A DNA stretch of 64,000 nt from assembly GCF_009914755.1 (NCBI RefSeq), contig NC_060927.1. The stretch is one strand, 5' to 3'. The DNA comes from the human T2T-CHM13v2.0 reference genome, Homo sapiens. The notes beneath the pieces were generated by a model. The model was given only the letters and a program-made list of their open reading frames with translations, ran no database searches and was not told the origin of the DNA. Position 1 is the stretch's first letter; every line of letters begins with the position of its first letter. The position numbers and the translations under genes are program-made. Positions 27,557 to 41,684 of this stretch are shown here, in pieces.

Positions 27557-27594
27557 TAATGGCAAAACATGCAATTACTTTTACACCAACCTAA
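27557..27594. mobile_element. MADE1 (mariner MITE), one arm only
   Basis: taatggcaaaacatgcaattacttttacaccaacctaa matches the MADE1/Hsmar1 TIR. Confidence 0.8.
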
Positions 27595-28169
27595 TAAAAG
27601 TAAATGAAGTGAAAATGCTTTTTTTAAAAAAAAAATTCATGGTTATATTTCTAATTCCTTTTTAAGTTAACATAGTTTCCTATTACACTGAGTGTACTTA
27701 GCAACCTGTTGCATTATTTATAAGCTCACTGGTTTAGAAGGGTTTTTGTTTTTCATTCAAAGGAATTATTAATTTATCTTAGAACCATTATTTTGGTAGA
27801 AGAAAACCTTTTGATATAATCAAAAGATAAGACCACACTAAGTAATGTTTATTTTTGATGGCATATAGACAAAATTAATTCATTTTTTTCTATCACTAAT
27901 ACCAAAGGGAAATATTCAACATCTTTGTGATCAGATTTTATCAGGTTTAGCTGTATCAGTACAAATGTTTAATATAGAAAATAAAATTTTAAAGTTCTGC
28001 ATTATTTCTTTTATATCTTATATCCTATGCTAGATTAAATAGGCATGTGTTCTTAAAATACGACACATATATGAGGTTATAGGACTTCTCACTTGTGCAT
28101 TTGATTCCAGTTTTGTTGGTGCTCATTAATGAACCATGATAACTTAGATTTTCACTTAAGGAAACATTG

Positions 28170-28900
28170 AGCTATATATCTCCATTTTCTTGCACCTAGA
28201 AAGAGCCTTGGAACAAATTTAACACTCAACTAATATGTGTATTGTACAAGCACAGGTTTCAGTGATGACCATAGCCCATCTTCTCAGAGCTCACAATCTA
28301 GTGGTGGAGGTATGCACAGGAGTTTCATGGCAAACAGAGGGCTGCATGGATGAGGGAAAGATTAAGGTATTATCGCAGAGAGATGAGATGATGCTAGAAC
28401 TGAATCCTAAAGAAAGGTCTCCAAGCAAGTAGGTGAAAGATGTAGAAATGGCCTTTTAGGGAGTGTTAAGTCCTCAGAGTGCAAGAGAAAGGAGCATGAG
28501 CAGGGGTTCTGGAAGCAGGTGAGGATTGCTGGAACGATTTGAACAGGGTTGGAACTGAGGTAGAGAAATAGACAATAGCTATATTGTAAATCATGGTAGC
28601 TTATTTGAAGCTTTTGAAGAAAATAATATAATTAGATTTGCATTTCAATACAAGTAATAGCGTAATTGTAGAGAATGGACTGGAAGAGGACATATTGGGG
28701 TAGAAAGACAGAACCTATTCATAGACTGGTCCTAAGAGCTGAACCGAGATAAACAGGGACAATGAAAAGAAGTTGGATAGAAGATATTCCGAAGTGGAAT
28801 TCTCAGGGCTAGGTGCCAGCGTAGATGCATAAAACGAAAGCATCTGAGAGAGTGTCTAGATCTTTGGCAGATGGAGAGAGATGGTACCAGTTAGAATGGA
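28170..28900. mobile_element. L2 remnants inside the retrocopy insert
   Basis: cagagctcacaatctagtgg; aatataattagatttgcattt; gagaatggactggaag. Confidence 0.5.
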
Positions 28901-29053
28901 AGGGGTTCATGGAGAGTACTTTAGAGGATGGCTCCTATGTCAGCGCTCTGGGATAGAGTCCAAGCCATTTTTAAAAGCTCAAATATTTTTAATTTCAATA
29001 TGTACTCTAAATGAATTATATTATTTTTATTTTATTTTAATACAAAAAAATGA

Positions 29054-30345
29054 AAAAATAGATCAATAAAAATTATCCAATCTGAAGAAAAGAGAAAAAA
29101 CTAATGGAGCCCCAGAGACATCAAACATAACAACATAAGTGTAAGGAGAATCACAAAAGAAAACAAGAAAGTCGGTGAAAATCATTTAAAGAAATAATGA
29201 TTGAAAAATGTTCAAGATTTGATGGAAAACATGTGTCTATAGAACAAAATGCTCAATTAACTCTAAAGGGGATAAATCCAAAGAGTTGTACACCTAGTCA
29301 AAGTGTTGAGAGATAAAGATAAACAGAAAATTTTGAAAGCAGCAAAAGAAAAATACTCATCACGTTTAGGAAAACAGCAATGAAATTAGCATCTCACTTC
29401 TCTTTAGAAAAAATTGAGTCCAGCAAGTCATAGGATGGATCATTCAAAGTTCTGAAAGAAGAAAAAAAAAAAAAAAAAAAAACTATCAACCAACAGTTAG
29501 AGATCCAGAAAAAGTATCTTCTGAAATAAAAAGGAAATAAAGATATTTCCAGATAAATAAAAGCAGAATTGATTTTTGTACAGTACTGCTTTAACAAAAA
29601 GTGTTCAAATAAGACTTTCACATGCAAACATAATGACATCAGAGAGTAAATTGAGTTCCTAGGAAAAAATGAAGGTCATTAGAAAGAGTAAATATGCAGG
29701 TAAATATAAAACAACTGCATATATATTTTATTATCTTCTCTTAGTTTCTTTAAAGGGCATAGGTTGAGTAAAACAACTGTAACATTGTATTTTGGGGGTT
29801 ATAATGTAGATAAATTATATTTATATGTATATATATAAATGCATGTAATTAATACCACTAGGAAAAATAAGAATTATAACTTTATTGGAGCAAAGTTTCT
29901 CTATTTACCGGAATTAAATTTTTATTCACCCAAAGTTGAATTTGACAAGTTAAAATGTATATTGTAATCTCTTGAACAAACACTAAGAAAATAATTCATT
30001 TTAAAAAGGAAGTAAGAAATAAAAGACTATCTTAAAATCACCAGAAGACAAAATGGTACTCTAGAGAATATTTTGATAACAACTTATTTCATCAAAGGGC
30101 AATTCAATGCAGAAAGGACAATGTATTTAGAAAACCTAAATCTCCCAGGATCATTTTTTTCTTCAAAATTTTTTAAAAATTTGTTTTATATTTATGCATC
30201 AATTGAGGTAAGCATCTAGGTTTATTTTCCCCCTTGCCTCAAAGCTTGCATAAATATTAACTCAAAGTGTGTCATTGACATACATTTAAGAGTTAAAACT
30301 ATAGAACTTCTAAAAGAAAGTTTAGGAGAAAATTTTTTGACTTTG
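29054..30345 (+). mobile_element. Old L1M, right part (ORF1 continues; ORF2 scraps)
   Basis: aattatccaatctgaagaa...ttttgaaagcagcaaaagaaaaa...cattcaaagttctgaaagaa continues the ORF1 broken at 25791. Confidence 0.75.
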
Positions 30346-31191
30346 GGTACTAGGCTTAGTACCTGGGGGACAAAATAGTTATTGTTTTTACATGTACAGA
30401 GATGGGGAAGACTGGGGGAGGAAGAGGTTGGATTTGGAGCCGAGGAAAAAGTGTCTTCCTTTGGAAAATTTTCAGAGGATGTGAATCATCCAGGTGATCA
30501 GGAATGAGACAGTGAGAAAAGATTTTAAATTCTTGAGTGTTGAAGCTTTGGTACCATGTGGTAATCTACAGTACATACATATGGGTTGGGAGTAGCCAAC
30601 TGTGCCAAATGCCACCGAGAGACTGCATGGGATGAAGACAGAAGAGTGTGTGTTGGATTTAACAACATGAAGTAATAACATGTCACTGACATTAATTAGA
30701 GCCATTTCAATGGAATAATTATGACAGGAGCCAGAGAGGAGTGGATTTAAGAGTAATGAGTGAATAACAGGAGAGATTGTGGGCTTTCACAACTCTTGAG
30801 GGAAACACTGCTCTAAAAGAAACAAATCAATAAGGTGGTAGTGGAAGAAATATTTGAAGTCAAGGATATATAGTTTTTATGATTGCTTGTAAGTTTGTTT
30901 TTAATGTGAGTTACTAGAACATGTTTTTAGAGGATTATGAAGAGAGAGTGAAAAGAAGGGAGGGAGGCAGGGATGAGGAGGGAAAGACAGAGAAAGAGAT
31001 ATAGAGAGGGAGAGAATGATGGTGTCACAGAAGAGAGATAAATGATGGGAGCAGAATTGTCCATTGCTCCTTGTTGCTCTTAGTGAGGTGTGTTTTTTAA
31101 TTCTAGGTACTTGTACTTTAAATAATAGCTGAAGAATACTGTTCATTGGGATTTAAATAGCATTTAATTGAACATCATCTCTGAGGACCTC

Positions 31192-31558
31192 TGTATCAGC
31201 TCATTTTCATGCTGCTGATGAAGACATACTCAAGAGCGGGTAACTTATAAAGAAAAAGAGGTTTGATGGACTCGCAGTTCCACGTGGCTAGGGAGACTTC
31301 ACAATCATGGTGGAAGGCGAAAGACACATCTTACATGGCAGCAGACAAGACAGAGAATGACAGCCAAGCAAAAGGGAAAACCCCTTATAAAATCATCAGA
31401 TCTCATGAGACTTACTCACTACCATGAGAACAGTATGGAGAAAACTGCCCCCATGATTCAATTGGCTGCCACCGGGTCCCTCCCACAATATGGGGCTATT
31501 ATTATAGGAGCTAAAATTTAAGATAGGATTTGGGTGGGGACATAGCCAAACCATATCA
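31192..31558 (-). mobile_element. THE1B/C solo LTR
   Basis: Complete LTR ending gccaaaccatatca; perfect 5-bp TSD acctc. Confidence 0.93.
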
Positions 31559-32983
31559 ACCTCCTAATATCTCCTGGATCATGGGATTATTGTAGAAAAG
31601 AAAAATTATGGTTTTTTTTCCTAGTTACATCTTTTCCTGTATTTAGGCTTAACAGATTCAGTATTTGGTCATCTCCCCTTCCTGTACTCACTATATTGCC
31701 TAAGTCAAGAAGCTCAGCATTCATTTTTGTGATTTACATAAGCACACACACACACACACACACACAAAACAAACATACAAAAAATGCATTTGGGTTAGCA
31801 ACAGATTTTTCTGAAAACCTGACAGTGATAGAAAATTAAAACAACTTAAAATTGACAAGCTCTTTCTAAATGCTTCTTTAGTTTTCTCCTCTGTTCTCAT
31901 TTCTGTTCTTCATTATTATAAGTGAAAGCAGTACTGCTAATTTCTTATTTTATTTATTTTATTAATTCTTTCCAGCAAATGCTCACAGGTACTCATTTTC
32001 CAGTTCTTATTTGATTTGCCATGATGTTTGACTAAATAAAACATTTTCTTTCATAATCAAGCTATAATAGTCTTTGTAAAGATAACTTTTTTAGCCCTCC
32101 ACAAAAATTATTATTCCCTTTCTAGTCATAGCTGGTATATCTTCCCACCCTTGTACAAAGTAATTAATGCCAAATATATTTGGTATTGGTAAACCACTAC
32201 AGAATTTTCTGTAAGAGAAACTTTTGAAGACTAGCCAACATCTTCAATCTGGGTAAAAATGAAGGTGTGTGTTAACAGCTATTATTATAAATTGGAACAC
32301 CTGTTAAGAAGTCTGTATTCCAGCTTTCTCTTCAATTCCAGATGCAATTCAATGCCTTCACTTACTCACTAAATAATGCCAGAAAACATTACATGAAAGG
32401 ATAAGCCAACATTCGCATCTGTTTCCAAGCAGAGTTCTCAAAAACTGTGACTTCCTCCAATTTAACTTTTATGGAAGGACTTCCAGAATACTGAGCAAGT
32501 GGTATTTGAGGATTTGATCGAGAAAGCACATGGTGGTTAATAATTCTGGGTATTACATTTTATTGTTTTCTTTTTCCCTTCTTATTGATACATCTCACAA
32601 TTGAAAGGCAAATTTATACATACAATTACTGTATGTATTGTTTAGTACAAGCATGTTATTTAAGTATAACCTTATTTTTAGTTGTTTTACGTTTCATGAA
32701 AAAATTCTCATTTTTTTCCTTCTTTCCTACGAAATTCATGAATGTTTGAGAGAAAGAAAGAAATTTCAACATAAACCATTTATCATGTGCCTGTTTTTGA
32801 TTCACATTTTGTTTACAAGTAAAGTAATTCCTATATTTATAAAGGCATCTTAAAAGGTAATTAAAATCAAAAAGACACATAGTTTCTTGAAGTATATAGT
32901 ATGTTAAATCTGAAGTTTTCCCTAAAGAAAACTGAACATAAAGTTAATTAAAGAAATATTCTTAAATAAAGATGCTCTTGTTT

Positions 32984-33352
<369 letters not shown>

Positions 33353-34164
33353 TTATGTCTGTTAACATGGCACACACCAAAAAATAAGTCTAGGTTTTTT
33401 CCTAAAATTTGGCATATGTGGGATGGTTGCCTTAATATGTCAGCTTCATGGTATAAAAGGAACTTGCATTAGGTGTCTCTAGTTGACTTTACAACTTTAT
33501 CTTTCCCTTACAGACACAATAACACATCATTTAAAAGGTGTCAACAAGCTGACATTTGAAATGTGCATTTCTTTTTAATTTTATCTAATTTTATAGTTAT
33601 ATTTCCAAATATTTATTATTTCAAAGCAATATTTTTTACTGTGCCCATTATGCCTTAATGATCAATATGCAGAATTATGTGAGCTAAACATTTAAAAATA
33701 AGATTTTTTTAAGATTCCAAAGAGAAAAGAAGTGGGGGCATTAAGAGTTAAAAGCCTCAATTAAAGGCAAATGAAATTGATGTCCAATATAAGGACAATT
33801 TGGCAGCCAATAGGAAAATTAAGCATTCTCAAGATAACCAAGACTAACTGAAAAATGCCAAGAATGATTGAGCAACAAGAGAAATCATCAGTCATCTTAC
33901 AGAGCCACTGAAAAACACAATTCACGATGTCCAATTAGGGCAAGATACAGCACCTGAAGAAAATTGACACCTAAGTACAGCATGAAGGATGCCAGGCCAC
34001 TCATCATGCAAAACATGCCATGGATATTAAGGTGTTATGGACAGAAAAGCAATGGAGTTTCAAATACAAGCTCAGACTCATATTTTCTATGAAATTTAAC
34101 ATCACCTTAGTATCTGAAATTTGCCATTTTCACATTTTCTTGAAGTAGAAATATGGATCTAAAT

Positions 34165-34487
34165 CACAAGTCTTTTCTCTAAAGGGCCAGATAGTAAATA
34201 CTTCAGGATTTGTAGAGCATACAATCTCTGCCTTCTCGGTTCTAGCTTTGTTGCATGAAAGCAACCACAGACAATGCATGAAAGATTGAGCATGGCTGTG
34301 TGCCAATAAAATGGTATTAATAACACTCAAATCTGAATTGCTATATTTTTCACATTCAATGAGATATTATTCTTCTTTGTATTTTTTTTTAACCCTTTAA
34401 AAATGTAAAAGCCATTTTCAGCTCAGCCATACAACAACCAGTGGTGGGCTAAATTTGACCTGTAGACTACAGTTTTCTCAGGCCTGG
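34165..34487 (+). mobile_element. MER58B (hAT-Charlie)
   Basis: taaagggccagatagtaaata...gcatggctgtgtgccaataaaa. Confidence 0.85.
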
Positions 34488-34541
34488 AATAATGATACAT
34501 ATTGTTTTGATAAAAAGGTCATTTTGGGTTCAGCTATTGAG

Positions 34542-35024
34542 TGTATTGGTTAGCTTTTGCTATATCACAAACCACCACAGATCTTTAATGACTACTAATA
34601 CAACCACCATTTATTGCTCATGATTTTGAGGGTAATTTGTACCGGGCTCAGCTAGACCATTCTTCTGACCTTGGCCAAGCATGACTATTCTTGATTGGGC
34701 TTATGCTATGTCCAAGACTTCATCGAGGAACAGTGATTTATGATTAACTTATGTAGGATAGCTGGGACTGTGAGAGCTTTTCTACGCATGGCTTCTCATT
34801 TTTCAGAAGTTTCCCTGGGCTTGAACAGGGCAGTCAAAGGGTTCCAGATGCATGAAAGCAAAAACTTCAATACCTCTTAGGCCCAGGCTTAGAATGTCAC
34901 CTCTCTTGCAATCTGTTGGTCAAAAGCAAGTCACAAACCCGCCCAGTTCTAGAGGTGAAGAAAGAGACTACTTCTTGAATGGAGAAATAGCAAAGAATTG
35001 TGGCCATTTTTACAACCTGTCACA
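34542..35024 (-). mobile_element. MLT1 (F-H-like) LTR
   Basis: tgtattggttagc...ccatttattgctcatgatt...aagaattgtggccatttt. Confidence 0.7.
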
Positions 35025-35121
35025 ATGAGTTTCCAAAGGCATTTAAGTAGTTAATGATGCCATAGGTTCTATCACAAAAGATTTTAATGGGATGTAATAA
35101 AGAATATTCAAGTGTATCCCC

Positions 35122-35500
35122 TGTGTTACTTCATTTATGCTACTGTAACAGAATGCCTGAGATCAGGTAATTTATTGTGAACAGAAATGTATTTCTTACA
35201 GCTCTGGAGGCTGGAAAGTTCAATATCAGGTTCAGACATCTGGTGAGGGACTTGCATCGTCTCATGGTGGAAAGGCAAAGAGAGGGTAAGAGAGAATGAG
35301 AAAGGCACAAAAGAGGGCTAAACTCATCCCTTTATGAGGAAATCCATTCCTGAGATAACAAACACACTCCCGCTATAACAGTATTCATCCATTCATGAGG
35401 GTAGAGCCCGAATCACTTCTTAAAGGTCTAACTTTCTTAATTCCTTTATAATGGCAATTAGATTTCAACATGAGTTTCGGGGGAATAAATTCAAATCTTA
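35122..35500 (-). mobile_element. MST (C/D-like) LTR
   Basis: gtaatttatt...cttacagctctggaggctgg...atttcaacatgagttt. Confidence 0.75.
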
Positions 35501-35552
35501 GTTATACTTCAAAATCCAATACCATGGAGTCCTTGCAATGATCCATTTGCTT

Positions 35553-36865
35553 CTTTTTAGATGGCTTTCTTAAGGTATAATTGATATACCATGAACTGCT
35601 CATATTTAATATATGTAGTTTGATGAGTTTGAACACATGCAAACACCCATGGTAACATCACCACAATCAAGGTAATTGGTAATATCTATATCCAACACAT
35701 CCCAAAGTTTCCTTGTGTCCCTTTGATTTACTGATTGATTTATTTATATTTTGGTAAGAATACTTAATGTGAGATCTACCCTCTGAACAAATTTTGAAGT
35801 ACACAATACCATATTTTTAACTATAGGCACTACACTGTACAGCACATCTTTAGAATTTATTCTTCTAGCATAACTGAAATTTCATTCCCATTGAATAGCT
35901 CCCCATTTACCTCACCTCCTCAGCCCTTGACAACCACTATTGTGTTCTTTGCTTCTATGAATTTGACTATTAATTCTATCTCATATAAGTGGATTAAGCA
36001 GTGTTTGTTTTTCTGTGACTTGCTTATTTCACTTAGCATAACGTTCTTCAGTTTTATTGTTCTCACAAATGACAAAATGTTCTTCTTTTTAAGGCTGAAT
36101 AATGTTGCATCATATGTATATACCACACTTTCTTTATTGCTATATCTGATAACAGCTAATTTCCATTTTCATAAGGAATGTCTCCAACTTAACAGCAAAA
36201 AAACAAATAATCTAATTAAAAAGTGGACAAAGGACCTGACAGACATTTTTCCAAAGAAGACATACAAATGACCTATAGATATTCACAGAGATGCTCAACA
36301 TCATTAATTATGAGAGAAACGAAAATCAAAAATATTTTGACATATTCCCTTCCACTTATTAGGATGACTATTATTAAAAAAATAACAAATGGTGAGGATG
36401 TAGAGAAACTGGAACCCGTGTACACTGTTGGGGGGATTGTAAATGGTGTTGCCGCTGTGGAAAAGAGTATGGAGATCCTTAATAAATTAAAAATAGAACT
36501 CCCATATGATCCAGCCATCCCTCTTTTGGGTGTATGTCTAAAGAATTAAAATCAGGATCTCAAAGGAATATCTGCACTCCCTCGTTTATTGCAACATTAC
36601 TCAAATAGCCTAGATATTGGAAATAATCGAGGTGTTCATCAACAGATGAGTGGATAAAGAAAATATAATTCATATGATTTGGCTGTGTCCCCACGCAAAT
36701 CTCATCTTGAGCTGTAGCTCCCATAATTCCCACATATTGTCGGAGGGACCTGGTGGGAGGTAATTGAATCACGGGAGCAGGTCTGGGTATGTCTTGATCA
36801 GTAGTGTAAAAACGGGCTAATATATACACTATATAGAGATATACAATGAGATATTATTCAGCCAT
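35553..36865 (-). mobile_element. L1MA with 5' inversion (3' end minus to about 36140; upstream part plus, about 36145-36865)
   Basis: Minus-strand L1MA 3'UTR, then plus-strand ORF2 (RHFSKEDIQM...ELPYDPAIPLLG). Confidence 0.8.
36670..36824 (+). mobile_element. Internally deleted THE1 LTR inserted in L1
   Basis: THE1 first about 115 bp fused at gtct to the last about 40 bp (gggtatgtcttgatcag...ctaata). Confidence 0.85.
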
Positions 36866-38069
36866 TTTCTTTGATACGTCTTTAATTCTGAGCTTCAGTT
36901 TTGCTATGACCTTTGTTATATTATAAGCTCAGTTCTTCAAGTTAACAAGTGCTGATTTGTAATTGATATGTTTTTCTTATAGGAAATTCTGCATTAAATG
37001 CTTCAAAATACTGGCAGATATTTTTAATATCTTAGGTAGTAGAATGACAAAAGTTTATACGAAGAGATTTAGTAAAAAAGAAAAATTACAATTACTCTAT
37101 TTAAATTATAAGAATCATAGAAAATCATAAGAATACCAATCCTCATTTATTTTTAACATTTTTATTAAATGTTGATTAATACTTGTTAAAATTTGCCCCA
37201 ACTAATGATAGTATTTATTGCTAGGTTTTTCAATTGTTATTTTAAAAAAATTAATATAAGTCCTTCACATTCAAAATAAATTTTCTTCATATTCATGCAC
37301 TTTAGAAATAAGAACCCTGAAGTTCAAGGTATTAATATAAATATGCAAGTTTTTCTTTCTTGTATTTGGAATTTGCATATAAATTCCCAATATTTGAAGC
37401 CAAATATGGATAGAAAATTACTCTTCTACTAAGGAAGGATTTTAAATCTTTTCTCCTCATGATGTAAGCACCTATTGCTGGGTTCGGTATGTAGTGTAGT
37501 CATTTCATGTCTACTAAAAATTTTCTCACTAAAACCATCAGAGATAATGTAGTTTGTTATCAGTAACCAACAAATACTTGAAAAGCTATGAGTTTCCCAT
37601 GAGAAGTCATCAACAAGAAAGCTATAAAATCATTTTTAAACTATAAATTACACTCAGAGGATCAAATTATCAAACTATATCACATCAAACATTTATGAAT
37701 TGTGTTTTAATTATGTATGGGGTTCAACTCTCCAGGAGAAAAATGTATTCTTAGAATGACATTGTTAAGGTTTCTTTTATTTTATTGCCAATATTGAAAT
37801 TTTTGAAATGTTGCAAATTTATTTGTACATATAATTACTAAACAGTATTCTAGTAGTCTACTATGGTGCAACATACAAGTCCCTAAAAGTAAGTAGTATT
37901 TATTTTACCCACATATCTGCAATTTGGGCAGGGCTTGGCAGTGCCAGATTATCTGCTCAATTTGGCATCAACCAGGGTGGTTTATAGTCTGAGTTTAGAA
38001 TCAAAATCAACTACTTGTTGATGAGGACTGTTGACTATGACCTTGGCTGGGGCTGTCACCCAGATGCCT

Positions 38070-40216
38070 AATAGACCCCCAGAGAAATCCACATCCTATT
38101 CCCCAAGACTTATCACTATGTTAGGTTACATGATAAAGGGGAATTAAGGTTATGTGTGCAAATACAGTTTCTAATCAGCTGACCTTGAGATAGGGAGATT
38201 ATCCCGGATTATTCAAAGTCATTAAAACTATGAGTCTTTAAAAGTGAAAGAATAGTGTTCCCTTTTCACTGTGTCCCCACCAACATCTACTATGTTTTTA
38301 TTTTTTGATTACAGCCATTCTTGCAGGAGTAAGGTGGTATCACATTGTGGTTTTGATTTGCTTTTCTCTGATCATTAGTGATGTTGAGCATTTTTTCATA
38401 TGTTTGTTGGCCATTTGATTATCTTCTTGTGAGAATTATCTGTTCATTTCCTAGCTCATTTTTTAATGGGATTGTTTTGTTTTTTCTTGCTAATTCGTTT
38501 GAGTTCTTTGTAGATTCTGGATATGAGTCCTTTGTAGGATGTATAGATTGTGATTTTCTCCCACTCTGTGGATGTCTCTTTACTCTGACGATTGTTTCTT
38601 TTGCTGTGCAGGAGCTCTTTAGTTTAATTAAGTCCCACCTATTATCATTGTTTTTGTTGCATTTGCTTTTGGGTTTTTGGTCATGAAGTCTTCACCTATG
38701 CCAATGTCTAGAAGGGTTTTTCACATGTTATCTTCTAGAATTTTCATAATTTCAGGTCTTAGATTTAAATCCTTGATCCATCTTGAGTTGATTTTTGTAT
38801 AAGGTGGGAGATGAGAATCCAGTTTCGTTCTTCTACAGGTGGCTTGCCAGCACTATTTATTGAACAGGGTGTTCTTTCCTCATTTTATGTTTTTGTTTGC
38901 TTTTTGAAGATCAGTTGATTATAATTATTTGGCTTTATTTCTGGGTTCTCTATTCTGCTCCACTGGTCTACGTGCCTATTTTTATACCAGCACCATGCTG
39001 TTTTGGTGACCATGGCCTTATAGTATAGTTTGTAGTAAGGTAATGTGATGCCTCCAGATTTGTTCTTTTTGCTTTGTCTTGCTTTGGCTATGCAGGCTCT
39101 TTTTGGGTTCCATATGAATTTTAGGATTGTCTTTTCTAGTTCTGTGAAGAATGATGGTGGTATTTTGATGGGAATTGTATTGAATTTATAGATTGCTTTT
39201 GGCAGTATGGTTATTTTTGCAATATTGATTCTACCCATCCATGAGGATGGAATGTGTTTCCATTTGTTTGTGTCATCTATGATTTATCTCAGCAGTGTTT
39301 TACAGTTTAACACTATGGAAAACAGTGTGGAGATTCCCTAAAGAACTAAAAGTAGAACTACCATTTGATCCAGCAATTTTGCTACTGGGTATCTACCCAG
39401 AGGAAAATAAGTCATTATACAAAACAGATAATGCATATACATGTTTACAGCAGCACAACTCTCAACTGCAAAAATATTGAACCAGCGCAAATGCCCATCA
39501 GTCAATGAGTGGATAAAGAAAATGTGGTATATAAATATACCCTGGAATACTATTCAGCCATAAAAAGAAATGAAACAATGGCATTCTCAGCAACCTGGAT
39601 GGAATTGGAGACCATTATTATTCTAAGTGAAGCAACTCATGAACAGAAAACCAAACATCGTATGTTCTCACTGATAAGTGGGAGCTAAGCTATGAGGATG
39701 CAAAGGCACAAGAATGATACAATAGATTTTAAGGACTTGGGGGAAAGGGTTGCCGGGGGTGAGGGATAAAAGACTACAAATTGGGTACAGTGTGTACTGG
39801 TTGAGTGATAGATGCACCAAATTTCACTAATTACCACTAAAGAACTTACTCATGTAACCAAACACTACCTGTTCCCCCAAAAACCTATAGAAATAAATAT
39901 AAATAAAAATAAAATTTAAAAAAATGGAAGAGTAAAAGACAAGATTTAGAGTGATACAGTGTGAAAAGGACTTGACCCACTATTAATGGCTTTGAAAATG
40001 GAGGAAACAGACCAAGAAACAAGGAATGTGGGAACCTCCAGAAGCTGGAAAATCAAGGAAACAGATTAAGGACATAGCCCTGCTGACAACTTGATTTTAG
40101 CACAGTGAATTGTGTTTCAGACTTCTGACCTACAGAACTGTCAGATAATAAATATGTGCTGTCTTAATTCCCTAAGTTTGTGGTAATTTGTCACAGCAGC
40201 AGTGAAAAACAGTACA
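38070..40216 (+). mobile_element. MLT1D LTR split by L1PB (38070-38251 and 39925-40216)
   Basis: taatcagctgaccttgagatagggagattatcc; resumes at ggctttgaaaatggagg...tttgtcacagcagcag. Confidence 0.85.
38252..39924 (+). mobile_element. L1PB with twin-priming inversion (38252-39308 minus; 39309-39924 plus)
   Basis: Minus ORF2 [19 protein letters not shown]; plus LWKTVWRFPKELKVELPFDPAI, L1PB 3'UTR and A-tail. Confidence 0.92.
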
Positions 40217-40394
40217 GATACACATGCCCTTTCCATGTGACCTATGTGTCCTCCCAACATGGTGGATGGGTTCCAAAGGCAATATTTCTGAGACAGGAAT
40301 AAGTGGAGGTTGTATTACTTTTTATGCCCTAGCTACCAAAAGCATGCGGCATCACTTCTATCAATACCCATCAAGGCAGCCATAATGTCCCACC

Positions 40395-40752
40395 GTCTTT
40401 GTCCATTTGGGCTGCTGTTTAAAAAATACTTTAGGTAGGATAATTTATAAACAATAGAAATTTACTGCTCACAGTTCTGGAGGCTGACAAGTCTACTATC
40501 AAAGTGCCAGCAAATTCAGTGTCCAACGAGGGCCTGCCTTCTGATTCATAGAATCTCACTGCATCCTCACATTGGGTAAGAGGCAAGAGATTTTTTACAG
40601 GCCTTTTTTATAAGGGCCATTAATCCCATTCATAAATGCTCTATCCCCATGACCTAATCACCTCCCAAAGGCCCCACCTCTTAATCCACTGCATTGGGGA
40701 TTAGGTCTCAACATTTGAATTTGGGGAGAACACCAATATTCAAACTATAGCA
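40395..40752 (-). mobile_element. MLT1A-type LTR
   Basis: gtccatttgggctgct...cacagttctggaggctg...ttcaaactatagca. Confidence 0.8.
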
Positions 40753-40877
40753 TCCCTTCATACTATTTTCTGCTTAATATATTCATTTAAAATACAAAAG
40801 GTTGTTTTTAGGTAAATTAAAATACATATACTATTTAAAGACAGGAAAAATTATGAAAGTGTTTTATGAAAAACTGA

Positions 40878-41684
<807 letters not shown>

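Larger units (their letters stand above)
37850..40395 (-). mobile_element. Old MLT1 (F/G-like) LTR split into about 37850-38070 and 40220-40395
   Basis: atctgcaatttgggcagggcttggc...ggctggggctgtc; resumes at ctttccatgtg...caacatggtgg. Confidence 0.6.
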
